In this document: piece after piece, positions 1 through 8,746 of the stretch | How positions within the stretch are numbered: position 1 is the first letter of the stretch | Layout: every line of letters begins with the position of its first letter | Source: Candidatus Eiseniibacteriota bacterium | GTDB taxonomy: Bacteria > Eisenbacteria > RBG-16-71-46 > CAZAMP01 | Reading direction: 5' to 3' | NCBI GenBank assembly: GCA_965224245.1 | Contig: OZ245046.1 | Location: 4,096,001-4,160,000 of the forward strand | Length of the DNA stretch: 64,000 nucleotides | The notes under the pieces: model-generated | The model's database searches: none | Told to the model about the DNA's origin: nothing | Seen by the model: only the letters and a program-made list of their open reading frames with translations | Position numbers and translations under genes: made by a program

Positions 1-621
1 CCGTACCCACACCGCCACCGGCTGTCCCCGGTAGAGCGCGGGCGTGAACTCCCACCGGCGGACCGCGCGCAGAACCGTCGCGTCGAAGAGATCCGGCGGG
101 TCGGCCTGCTCGATGATCGCGTCGATCACGCGGCCCTCGCGATTGACCAGGATTCGCACCAGCACCGAGCCCTCGAGGCCCAGCTCATAGGCGCGTCTCG
201 GGTATTCCGGATCGATCTGACGGCGCGCGACGGGAGCCACGTCCACGGCGTCCTCGTCCAGGATCAGGCTCGCCAGCCCGCTGACCTCGTCGATCTCCCG
301 GCCGAGGATGGGCCTGAGAAGCGACGCCGGGTCGAGGTCGGGCGTCATCAGCTCGCTCGCCTGGATGGCCGACGGAAGCTCGGGCAGCGCCAGCGACGGC
401 CTGGGTGGGGCGCGGCGCTCGCGCTCGGGCTCGGGCGTCTCCGGGGTCGGACGCTTCTCGGTCGCGGCCAGCGTCACCGACATCGGCCGCAGGATCTCGT
501 CGGTGAAGGGGACGATCGTCTCGTCCGCGCGCGACTGCACGCGCACGAGAAGCAGCACGCCGACCGCGTTGACGGCCAGGGTCAGGATCGCGGCGAGGAG
601 ATAGTCGCGTCGGCGCTGCAT
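1..621 (-). CDS. tonB: Energy transducer TonB (3' end runs off the window)
   Basis: Manual translation: N-terminal TM (MQRRRDYLLAAILTLAVNAVGVLLLV), Pro/Glu-rich linker, TonB_C-like PEYPRRAYELGLEGSVLVRILVNREGRV...RWEFTPA; lies downstream of exbD. Confidence 0.9.
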   Translation of the reverse strand, partial: MQRRRDYLLAAILTLAVNAVGVLLLVRVQSRADETIVPFTDEILRPMSVTLAATEKRPTPETPEPERERRAPPRPSLALPELPSAIQASELMTPDLDPASLLRPILGREIDEVSGLASLILDEDAVDVAPVARRQIDPEYPRRAYELGLEGSVLVRILVNREGRVIDAIIEQADPPDLFDATVLRAVRRWEFTPALYRGQPVAVWVR

Positions 622-626
622 CGTGC

Positions 627-1037
627 TCAGCTCTCGTCGTCCACGGCCACGCCGACGTCGCGGGCGCCGGCGAGGCGGCACTGGTCGACGACGTCGACGA
701 GCTGTCCCGACGGGTTGCGCTCGTCGATCACAACGAGCACCGACGATCGGCCGGTGCGGGTGAGCCGATCGCGCACGTAGCTCTGGACCATCCACTCCTG
801 CACGAGCCGATCGTCGACGCGGATGCGGCCGCCGCGGTCGATCGTGACCCGGACGACTCCCGGGTCCACCTCGCTCGCCGTGCGCGCGCCCGGTCGCTCG
901 ATCTCGAGCTCGTGATCGCGGACGAACGTGGCGCTGACCATGAAGAAGATCAGAAGCAGGAACGTCATGTCGATCAGCGGGGAGATGTTCAGCTCCTCGC
1001 TGTCGCGCACGAGCTGGAACCGCCGGCGCGGCCTCAC
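627..1037 (-). CDS. exbD: Biopolymer transporter ExbD/TolR
   Basis: ELNISPLIDMTFLLLIFFMV signature; GTG start overlaps the exbB stop. Confidence 0.92.
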   Translation of the reverse strand: MRPRRRFQLVRDSEELNISPLIDMTFLLLIFFMVSATFVRDHELEIERPGARTASEVDPGVVRVTIDRGGRIRVDDRLVQEWMVQSYVRDRLTRTGRSSVLVVIDERNPSGQLVDVVDQCRLAGARDVGVAVDDES

Positions 1038-1528
1038 GACGCACGCTCCGCGCGCGGGTGCTGGCGCAGCCAGCGGTGGAGCTCGTTGACGTTTCGCCGC
1101 TGGCGTCCGTCCAGCACGCGCCCCACGAAGAGGCCCGGGATGGCCACGAAGAGCCCCATCTGCGTGGAGACGAGGGCCTCGGAGATGCCACCCGCCACGC
1201 CCGCGTCGGGCGCCAGCCCGCCGGCGCCGGTCAGCGCGGAGAACGTGCCGATCATCCCGTTCACGGTGCCGAGGAGACCGAGGAGGGGCGCCACGTGCGT
1301 GATCGTGCGGATGGTGGGGCCGAAGCGCCCCATCGCGCGCTCGGCCTCGACGATCACCAGATCGGGACGCGCCCCGGGGGCGGCGAGCCGTCGAGACACC
1401 CACGGGAGTGCGTTCCCGAGCCGCTGCACCCGGAGCCCGATCAGAAACCACATCGACAACGCCAGCGCGACCAGCGGGATCATGACGAAGCCGCCGGTGG
1501 CGAGATACTCGAGCGCGCCCGCGATCAC
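1034..1528 (-). CDS. exbB: MotA/TolQ/ExbB proton channel protein
   Basis: APLLGLLGTVNGMI...GISEALVSTQMGL motif; GTGA overlaps with both neighbours. Confidence 0.9.
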   Translation of the reverse strand: MIAGALEYLATGGFVMIPLVALALSMWFLIGLRVQRLGNALPWVSRRLAAPGARPDLVIVEAERAMGRFGPTIRTITHVAPLLGLLGTVNGMIGTFSALTGAGGLAPDAGVAGGISEALVSTQMGLFVAIPGLFVGRVLDGRQRRNVNELHRWLRQHPRAERAS

Positions 1529-2931
1529 GAGCGCCTCTCGCCGCCCGCCGAGACGGTCGCGGCGGCGCCCGTCCCCCCGTCGTGCAACGCGAGCCCCACC
1601 GTGAGCCCGTAGTGCTCCATGTCCGCCAGCAGACGATCCACCCGACCCGACAGCGCGTTGTGCACGAGCAGCACCGGTATGGCCACCGCCAGCCCCAGCT
1701 CGGTGGTGATGAGCGCCTCGGAGATCCCGCCCGAGAGCAGCTTGGCGTTCCCGGCGCCGAACTGGGTCAGCACCTCGAACGTCGAGATCATGCCGGTCAC
1801 GGTGCCCAGAAGTCCCAGCAGCGGCGACACGGCCGCGATCACGCGGAGCGTGGTCAGGAGCCGTTCCAGCCGCGGCGTCTCGCGCAGGATGGCGCTGGCC
1901 ACCGCGTCGTCGATGGCCTCGCGCCCCCGCGCGCGATGGTCGATCGCGGCGACCACGACGCGCCCCACGACGCTCTCGTTCACGCGACAGGCTTCGCGCG
2001 CACCGTCGACGTCGCCGGCGCGGAGCCGGGCCGTGATGTCGGCGATCGAGGGTCGGACGGCGCCCACGCGCGCGAGCGTCACGAGGCGTTCGATCACGAT
2101 CACGAGCGCGACGGCGGCCAGGATCAGGATCGGCCAGACCAGGACCCCGCCCGCGCGCAGAAGCTCTCCGAAGCCGAGCCCTCCACCCTCCTCGACGACG
2201 GCGTCGGCGTCCTCGCTCAGGTGCACCGGAACGAGCGCCGGTGGATCGCCGTCCATCCAGGCCCGGGCGGCGGCCCGCCCGCTCGCGTCCACCACCTGGA
2301 GGACGCCGTTGCCCGCGGGCGCGAGCACGCCGCCGTCCTCGGCAGGGGACAGCGCGGCCACGGTGCCCACGTGCAGGATGACGCCGTGCGTCTCCTCGCC
2401 GTTCGCGTCGAAGAACGTCCCCTCCGCCGATACCACGCGCCCGAGACGATCGGCCCGGGCGAGTCCTCGCGTCAGGAGCCACTCGACCCGCGCGGCCACG
2501 CCGATCGAGTCCGAGGGCCAGGCGATCGTCGTGTCGGCGTCGGCGAGCGTGCGCCAGGCGTGCGTGAGGGTGGTCTCGAGGAGATCGCGCCGCGCCTCGG
2601 TGGCTTCGAGACGCGATTCGAGCGCCAGCGATTCGGTCTCCAGCGCATCGATGCGCGCCCGCACCTGGTCGAGCGTGTCGCGGCGCGCGTCGAGCGTCGC
2701 CTGCAGACGGGCCAGGCGCTCCGCGCCGAGGGTCTCGGTGCGCGCGTACTCGTCCTCGAGCGCCTGGCGCTCGGCCTCCAGCACGGCCTTCTCGCGCGTG
2801 AACGCATCGTCCAGGGGATCCGCCGTGGAAGGCGTCGGCACGATCGCGGCGGTGATGGCGGCCGCGATGGCGGCCGCCATCACCGCCGCAATCGGCACCG
2901 TGACGACGGCGAGTCTCGTGAGTCGCATCAT
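1525..2931 (-). CDS. Large ExbB-like protein with periplasmic coiled coil (TtpC-like)
   Basis: Signal peptide, coiled coil, C-terminal SPLLGLLGTVTGMI...GISEALITTELGL. Confidence 0.85.
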   Translation of the reverse strand: MMRLTRLAVVTVPIAAVMAAAIAAAITAAIVPTPSTADPLDDAFTREKAVLEAERQALEDEYARTETLGAERLARLQATLDARRDTLDQVRARIDALETESLALESRLEATEARRDLLETTLTHAWRTLADADTTIAWPSDSIGVAARVEWLLTRGLARADRLGRVVSAEGTFFDANGEETHGVILHVGTVAALSPAEDGGVLAPAGNGVLQVVDASGRAAARAWMDGDPPALVPVHLSEDADAVVEEGGGLGFGELLRAGGVLVWPILILAAVALVIVIERLVTLARVGAVRPSIADITARLRAGDVDGAREACRVNESVVGRVVVAAIDHRARGREAIDDAVASAILRETPRLERLLTTLRVIAAVSPLLGLLGTVTGMISTFEVLTQFGAGNAKLLSGGISEALITTELGLAVAIPVLLVHNALSGRVDRLLADMEHYGLTVGLALHDGGTGAAATVSAGGERRS

Positions 2932-3758
2932 GGGGCCGTCACCACACGTCCGACCGGAATCTCGAACGCCCCCGCCGCGGCCGCGCGATCGGCGGCCCGA
3001 AAGAGCTCGGCGGTCGCGCGGGCCCGCGCGTCGTCGTCGAACCACTCGAACCGGAAGCCGTCGTCGGTCTCGACCGCCTGCCCGTAGCGACCATCCTGCG
3101 ATCGCGTGTAGAGGGCGACCATCCCGAGCCGGACGACGTCCACGAGCTCACGTTCGTCCCCGATCGCGATGGCCTGCCGATGTCGGCCGATCCCCCGGCA
3201 GAGACGGATCTCGTCCTCGACGAACTGCCAGAGCCGCGACGCGCACGTCTCGGCGTCCAGGAGCCCGCGCTCGAAGTCGCGCTCGAGGGACGTGAGGAGC
3301 TGCCGGCGCTCGTCGAACCGAAACGGCAGCCGGCGCTCGACCGACCGGATCGCCTGATCGAGGGCCACCGCAACCGCGCGGGCCAGGTCGTCGTCGCTCG
3401 CGCCGCGCGCGAGAGCCGCGCTGCGCCGGAGCGCGACGACGTTCTCGAGATCGGCGAGCCGCAGTCGCTCACGGGTCAGGATCAGGCGGAGCTCCTCGTC
3501 CTCGGCGGCCAGGGCCCGCGCTTCGGCCCGATCATCCTCGCGCGCCCGGCGGATGTCCCGTTCGAGACGGTCGATCTCGGACCGGAGCGAGGCCAGGGCC
3601 TCGCCGGCCTCGGTGAGATCGGATTCGGCAACGGCCCCGCCGAGGATCCGGGTCCCCGGCGTGACGGAGAGCGATGCGCCGGCGCGCGGGCCGAACGCCG
3701 AGATCCCCACCACCACGGCCGTCAGCGCGACGAGAAACGTGCGAGCAGGTCGGATCAC
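2928..3758 (-). CDS. DUF3450-family periplasmic coiled-coil protein (TonB2/TtpB-like)
   Basis: Signal peptide, coiled coil, LPF..ER and VDVVRLGMVALY motifs; first gene of the TonB operon. Confidence 0.75.
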   Translation of the reverse strand: MIRPARTFLVALTAVVVGISAFGPRAGASLSVTPGTRILGGAVAESDLTEAGEALASLRSEIDRLERDIRRAREDDRAEARALAAEDEELRLILTRERLRLADLENVVALRRSAALARGASDDDLARAVAVALDQAIRSVERRLPFRFDERRQLLTSLERDFERGLLDAETCASRLWQFVEDEIRLCRGIGRHRQAIAIGDERELVDVVRLGMVALYTRSQDGRYGQAVETDDGFRFEWFDDDARARATAELFRAADRAAAAGAFEIPVGRVVTAP

Positions 3759-5371
3759 AGCACCACCTGGCGCACGCGGTCGACGACGTCCCACGTCGCG
3801 ATCTCGTCCAGCGGTGCGTCGGGCACCTGCGCGTCCACGCCGATGATCCCCAGCGCGTGCTGGCGGTCCTTCCGCATCGTCACGGACATGCGCGAGATGT
3901 TGATGTCGTGCTGGCCGAACAGCGTTCCGATCTTGCCGATGACGCCGGGGCGATCGTCGTGGAGCGTCACAAGGAGCGTGCCCTCGGGCTCGAGATCCAG
4001 CGTGTAGCCGTCGATCTCGGTGATCTTGGGTGTCGACGTCCCGAAGATCGTCCCGGCCACGCTGTGGCTGCGCTCCTGTCCGCCGGCGTCCTTCGAGGTC
4101 ACCGTGGCCCGGACCCAGTTCGTGTAGGTGGCCATGTCGGCGCGTGGCGTGGACACGATGCTGCCCACGAGCTCGGTCCCGCACTTCGCGGCGAACTGGG
4201 TCACGTTGACCGCGTTGATGCGATCCATGGTGAAGATGTGCTCGAGGAACGTCTGCGCCGCCGAGAGCAGGATGAGCTCACGATGGCCGTGGTTCTCGTC
4301 GCCGAAGATCTCCACCGCGAACCGCACCGGATCGCCTTCGCGGAGCTGTCCCTGGAGCGAGCCGATCTTGCGGGCCAGGTGCACCGTGGCCCGCGTCAGG
4401 TCGCTCACGTTGGCCAGCCGCACCTGCGAGTTGATGGCGCTGGACGCCGACCCGGTCGTCGCGTACTCGAGAATGAGCTCGGACGCCTCGACGGCCACGT
4501 TCAGCTGCGCTTCCTTCGTGGACGCACCGAGGTGCGGGGTCAGCACGACGTTGTCGAGCCCGAGAAGCGGGTTGTCCTCCGCCGGGGGCTCGCCGTCGAA
4601 CACGTCGACCGCGGCGCCCTTGATGACGCCTTCCTTGCACGCGCCCGCCAGCGCCCGCTCGTCCACGATGCCGCCCCGGGCGCAGTTGATGAAGAACGCG
4701 GTCGGCTTCATCCGCGAGAGCTCGTCGCGCCCGATCAGTCCCTTGGTCTTGTCGTTCTTGGGACAGTGCAGCGAGACCACGTCGGAGCGCTCGAGGAGCT
4801 CGTTCAGCTCGACGGCGTGCACGCCGTGACGCTTGGCGTTGTCGGCGGTGAGGAAGGGATCGTAGGCGACGACGTTCATCTCGTAGCCGCGCGCGATCCG
4901 GGCCACGACGGCCCCGATGTTCCCGAGACCGATGATGCCGAGCGTCTTGCCGCGCAGCTCGGTGCCCGTGTACTTCTTCTTGTCCCAGCGGCCCGCCTTC
5001 AAGGACGCGCACGCGGCCGGTACGTGGCGGGCCAGGGAGACGATCAGCGAGAACGTGTGCTCGGCGGTCGTGGTCGCGTTCCCGTGCGGGGTGTTGGCGA
5101 CCAGGATGCCGCGCTCGGTCGCGTGGGGCACGTCGATGTTGTCGACGCCGATGCCCGCGCGAACCGCGATCTCGAGCCGCTCGGCGGCGTCGAGAACGTC
5201 GGCGGTGAGCTTCGTGGCGCTCCGGATGATGACGGCCTGATACGCGCCGATCTCAGACTTCAGCGTGTCGGGATCCATCGTGGGGCGCACGTCCAGGTCG
5301 ATCCCGTCGGCACGTTCGAGGATCTCGAGGCCGACCGGTGCGAGGTTGTCCGTCGCCAGAACCTTGAGCAT
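3755..5371 (-). CDS. serA: D-3-phosphoglycerate dehydrogenase with ASB and ACT domains
   Basis: RAGIGVDNID, GKTLGIIGLGNIG, NCARGG, TPHLGASTKEAQ and ACT-domain HDDRPGVIGKIG motifs. Confidence 0.96.
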   Translation of the reverse strand: MLKVLATDNLAPVGLEILERADGIDLDVRPTMDPDTLKSEIGAYQAVIIRSATKLTADVLDAAERLEIAVRAGIGVDNIDVPHATERGILVANTPHGNATTTAEHTFSLIVSLARHVPAACASLKAGRWDKKKYTGTELRGKTLGIIGLGNIGAVVARIARGYEMNVVAYDPFLTADNAKRHGVHAVELNELLERSDVVSLHCPKNDKTKGLIGRDELSRMKPTAFFINCARGGIVDERALAGACKEGVIKGAAVDVFDGEPPAEDNPLLGLDNVVLTPHLGASTKEAQLNVAVEASELILEYATTGSASSAINSQVRLANVSDLTRATVHLARKIGSLQGQLREGDPVRFAVEIFGDENHGHRELILLSAAQTFLEHIFTMDRINAVNVTQFAAKCGTELVGSIVSTPRADMATYTNWVRATVTSKDAGGQERSHSVAGTIFGTSTPKITEIDGYTLDLEPEGTLLVTLHDDRPGVIGKIGTLFGQHDINISRMSVTMRKDRQHALGIIGVDAQVPDAPLDEIATWDVVDRVRQVVL

Positions 5372-5574
5372 GGCTTCCGACCTCCTGCGAACCCCGCCTG
5401 CGTGGAACGCCAGTTCTTCGGTTCGCGGTTGCGGTGGCTGTCGAATCTGGCCCGAGTCTACCCCCACGGGGTCGACAATGCACTCGCGCATGGGGCGAGC
5501 CGCCGGGGCTCGGGTTGCGGTAGGATGTCGTGGCTGGGGTCCCCCCCGACCGCGTCATCCACAGGAGTGGTTCC

Positions 5575-6012
5575 ATGGCGTCTGTATTCACCAAGATCAT
5601 CCGAGGCGAGCTTCCCGCGCACGTCGTCTGGCGGGACGATCGCGCCATCGTGTTCCTCTCGATCAACCCGCTTCGACCCGGCCACGCGCTCGTCGTTCCC
5701 GTCGAGGAGATCGACCACTGGCTGGACCTGGACGAGGACCTGCGGAACCACCTGATGGGCGTCGCGCACGCGATCGGACGTGCGATCGAGCGCGTGTACT
5801 CGCCCGAGAAGGTCGGGCTGATGCTGGCCGGGCTGGAGGTCCCGCACGCGCACATCCACGTGGTACCGATCTGGACGGTGCGCGACCTCGACTTCGGCAA
5901 CGCCGAGTCCAACCCCCCCGAGGGATCCTTGGCCGAAGCCGCCGCGTCGCTCCGGGACGCGCTGGTGGCGCTGGGCCACGGCGACGCGGTCTCACGCGCC
6001 TCAAGCGGGTGA
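5575..6012 (+). CDS. HIT family protein
   Basis: MASVFTKIIRGELP start, HAHIH histidine triad, AGGAG RBS. Confidence 0.93.
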   Translation: MASVFTKIIRGELPAHVVWRDDRAIVFLSINPLRPGHALVVPVEEIDHWLDLDEDLRNHLMGVAHAIGRAIERVYSPEKVGLMLAGLEVPHAHIHVVPIWTVRDLDFGNAESNPPEGSLAEAAASLRDALVALGHGDAVSRASSG

Positions 6013-7416
6013 GGGTGCGTCTCCGCTGCCGTTGATCCGCCGCTTGCCGGAGGGCCCGGCCGCCGGCGGTGCGTTGTCGCCACCGTCCGCGCTCGCGGCC
6101 CCGTCGCCGCCGTCCGCGCTCGCGACCCCATCGCCGCCGCCCGCGGTCGTGATGCCGTCGGAGGCCGCGGGGGTGGACTCGTCGAGGCGATTGCGCTCCG
6201 ATACGCACCAGTGACCGAGAAGGCCCCGGAAGTGCGCGACGAACCGGTCGTGCTCGTGGTCGGGGAAGACGCCCTGCACGGTGGACACGAGGAGCGCGTC
6301 GAACGCCTCGCTCTCGAAGTACTCGAGCGCGACCTCCTCCAGGTGACCGAGGTGCGTGGCACAGAACTCCTCGAACGCGTCGGTCTGGAAGTACTCGTGA
6401 GAGAGTGCCTCGTAGGCGTCGAGCTTCTCCTCGTAGGAGAGCGACTCGTCGTCACCGATCGCGTAGTAGCGCCGCTTGTTCATGTCGATCGCCATTCGAC
6501 GCCCGGTGGCGGCCACGAAGACCGACCAGCGGACGAGCGCCTTCATGGCCCACGGGAAGTAGTAGTGGAGGCTCGTGATCGCCACGTCCGGAACGGCGTT
6601 CGCGAAGTCGATGGGATAGGCCACGCCGTCCTTGATGATGGTCTCGCAGGAGTTGAACTCCCAGCGGAAGAACGCGTTCACGAGGCGCCCCAGGATCTGC
6701 GTCTCCCGCCCCATGCGCGGGTCCAGGAAGTTGTGGTCGATGGCGTACCGCTCGTGCATGGGCTTCTCGGGCTGGTAGCGCATGACCATCGTCTGGGGCC
6801 CGATGGACAGCGCGCGGGAGAAGACGTCGTAGTCCACGATGCCCTTCTGGAGGTGCATCATCCGGTCGCCGGACGAGTCGTACGCGGCCCGCAGTGCCTC
6901 GATGTCGTCGACCTTCGTGACGCCGACCCACGCCCCGCCGTCGAACGGCTTCAGGTACATCGGGTAGCCGATCTTCACCCCGATGTCGTGGAGGCTGAAG
7001 AGACGGTTGTACCGCCGCGCGGTCTCCTCGAAGCGCTCGTTCGACGGCCCGATCTTGGGCGGCAAGAGCCACGTGTCGGGGATGTTCACGCCGAGCCGGA
7101 TCATGCCGCAGAACGCGGTGTGCTTCTCCATGGACTGGAACGTGAACGGATTGTTCAAGAGGTAGATCTCGTCCATCATCGCGACCTTCTTCAGCCACTC
7201 GCGAGGATGGTGGTACCAGTAGGCCAGCCGATCGATGACGACCGCGTAGTCGGGCCGGTGGCGCAGGTCGAACGGCTCGATCGGGATGCGGTGCGCCGAG
7301 AACGAGTGCGTCCGGCCGGCGTGCGGGATGGAGAGCTTGGCCCGCTCGAGGAGCTCGGCGAACGCGGTCGGCCAGTCGTTCTCGGTTCCGAGCAAGAGCC
7401 CGATCTTGTGGTTCAC
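6001..7416 (-). CDS. ATP-grasp (RimK/glutathione-synthetase-like) protein
   Basis: IPDTWLLP, YPMYLKPFDGGAWVGV, FNSCE and PIDFAN ATP-grasp motifs. Confidence 0.85.
   Translation of the reverse strand: MNHKIGLLLGTENDWPTAFAELLERAKLSIPHAGRTHSFSAHRIPIEPFDLRHRPDYAVVIDRLAYWYHHPREWLKKVAMMDEIYLLNNPFTFQSMEKHTAFCGMIRLGVNIPDTWLLPPKIGPSNERFEETARRYNRLFSLHDIGVKIGYPMYLKPFDGGAWVGVTKVDDIEALRAAYDSSGDRMMHLQKGIVDYDVFSRALSIGPQTMVMRYQPEKPMHERYAIDHNFLDPRMGRETQILGRLVNAFFRWEFNSCETIIKDGVAYPIDFANAVPDVAITSLHYYFPWAMKALVRWSVFVAATGRRMAIDMNKRRYYAIGDDESLSYEEKLDAYEALSHEYFQTDAFEEFCATHLGHLEEVALEYFESEAFDALLVSTVQGVFPDHEHDRFVAHFRGLLGHWCVSERNRLDESTPAASDGITTAGGGDGVASADGGDGAASADGGDNAPPAAGPSGKRRINGSGDAPSPA
6076..6138. repeat. 27-bp tandem repeat (about 2.3 copies) encoding a GxASADGGD low-complexity tail
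   Basis: GTCGCCACCGTCCGCGCTCGCGGCCCC / GTCGCCGCCGTCCGCGCTCGCGACCCC. Confidence 0.8.
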
Positions 7417-7576
7417 GGTTCCCCCCTGGCCGTCGCCGGGCCGGTCCGGATCGATCATTCGACGTCGAGATTGGATGATAGCCCCGGGAAGTCTAGGCGG
7501 GTGAACCAAAACTGTTCAACCTCCCCGGCGGGGACGCCGACCTCCTCATCTGAGGACCGACGGGTGGGTGTCTGGT

Positions 7577-8410
7577 ATGGTCTGGGGCCTCCCCCGAGGT
7601 CGACATGCCGAGGAGCCGCGTTTCGTGATCCGACATGCCATCGTGAACGAACTCTACCTGCGCGAAGCCGGTCACGGAGACCCGGTTCTCTACGTGCACG
7701 GGCTCGGTGAGTCGGGCCTGTCGTTCGAGCCCCTGATCGAGTCGAGCGTGCTCGAGGGCTGGCGACACCTCGTTCCGGACCTGCCGGGCTATGGCAAGTC
7801 GATGTGGCCCGATGAGCCGCCGTCGCTGGAAGAGGTCGCCGATTGGCTGGCGGCATGGCTGGGCGAGGTGGTGTCGGAGCCGGTCGTCGTGGTGGGGCAC
7901 GCGATGGGGGGCGTGGTGGGGATCCTTCTGTGCGAGCGGCATCCTCATCGGGTGCATGCGTTCCTGAACGTCGAGGGGAACATCTCGCGGGAGGACTGCG
8001 CGTTCTCGGGGCGGGCGGCCGCGTTCTCGGCGAAGCGGTTCGCGACGAAGGGTCGCGAGACGATGCTCGATACGATCTACGCGGCGGGGATGGCGGAGGA
8101 GGCGTTACGGGGGCTCTACATCGGGACGCGCCTCGCGGATCCGAGGGTGTATCACCGTCATGCGAGGGAGCTGGTGGCGCTGTCGGAGGCGGAATCGCTG
8201 GCGCATCGGTTCGCGGCGTTGACGCCGACGACACAGTATGTCGCGGGGGTGCCGAGGGGGACGTGTGATCACAGCAAGCGGCTCCTGGCCGATGCGGGGG
8301 CGGCGTGGGTGGATGTGCGGGATGCGGGGCACTGGCCGTTTGTGGATCAGAGGAAGGCGTTTGTGGCGCTGTTGAGGGGGTTCTTGGAGTCGGTGTCGGG
8401 GCCGGAGTAG
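7577..8410 (+). CDS. Alpha/beta fold hydrolase
   Basis: YVHGLG, PDLPGYGKS, GHAMGG at the nucleophile elbow, AGHWPF. Confidence 0.9.
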   Translation: MVWGLPRGRHAEEPRFVIRHAIVNELYLREAGHGDPVLYVHGLGESGLSFEPLIESSVLEGWRHLVPDLPGYGKSMWPDEPPSLEEVADWLAAWLGEVVSEPVVVVGHAMGGVVGILLCERHPHRVHAFLNVEGNISREDCAFSGRAAAFSAKRFATKGRETMLDTIYAAGMAEEALRGLYIGTRLADPRVYHRHARELVALSEAESLAHRFAALTPTTQYVAGVPRGTCDHSKRLLADAGAAWVDVRDAGHWPFVDQRKAFVALLRGFLESVSGPE

Positions 8411-8476
8411 GTTCTGGACGATCTCTGCGCTGGGAGTCGGGGTCCGGTCCGTTGGGAGTTCATCGTGCGGACGTGA

Positions 8477-8500
8477 GTTCGAGTCCGGACTGGGGAGCCA
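8477..8500 (+). other. tRNA-Asn-like 3'-end fragment (att-like site)
   Basis: G-TTCGAGT-CCGGA-CTGGGGA-G-CCA = T loop, 3' T stem, 3' acceptor, discriminator, CCA; no matching 5' half upstream. Confidence 0.65.
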
Positions 8501-8571
8501 GCCTCCTTCGCTGAAGCTACGGAGGATGGCTCGGGTGATGGGTCCCGCCGTAGCCTTCGGCGAGGGCGGTC
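8501..8571. repeat. REP-like paired imperfect palindromes
   Basis: CCTCCTTCGCTGAAGCTACGGAGG and CCGCCGTAGCCTTCGGCGAGGGCGG hairpins. Confidence 0.5.
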
Positions 8572-8668
8572 CGAGTAGCCAAACTCCAATCAGACGAATA
8601 TCCGGGCGCCTCTCCCTCTGGTCGCGTCGGGCCCTTGCTGCCCGTACAATCGGCCCGGTTTTATCGAC

Positions 8669-8746
8669 GTGGTGTTCACGGCAGGCACCCGTCTCGGCCC
8701 GTATGAAGTCACCGCGCAGCTCGACGCAGGGCACAGTCTCCGCTGA
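8669..8746 (+). pseudogene. Relic 5' end of a Ser/Thr kinase gene
   Basis: Translates VVFTAGTRLGPYEVTAQLDAG, paralogous to MIGRTLGPYEVLSKLGAG at 8804. Confidence 0.6.

Noticed and set aside
8411-8500. Intact tRNA (Asn or Sec)
   Set aside because: No 5' acceptor strand (TCCCCAG), no pairing 5' T stem and no D or anticodon arm; only the 3' 24 nt are tRNA-like.
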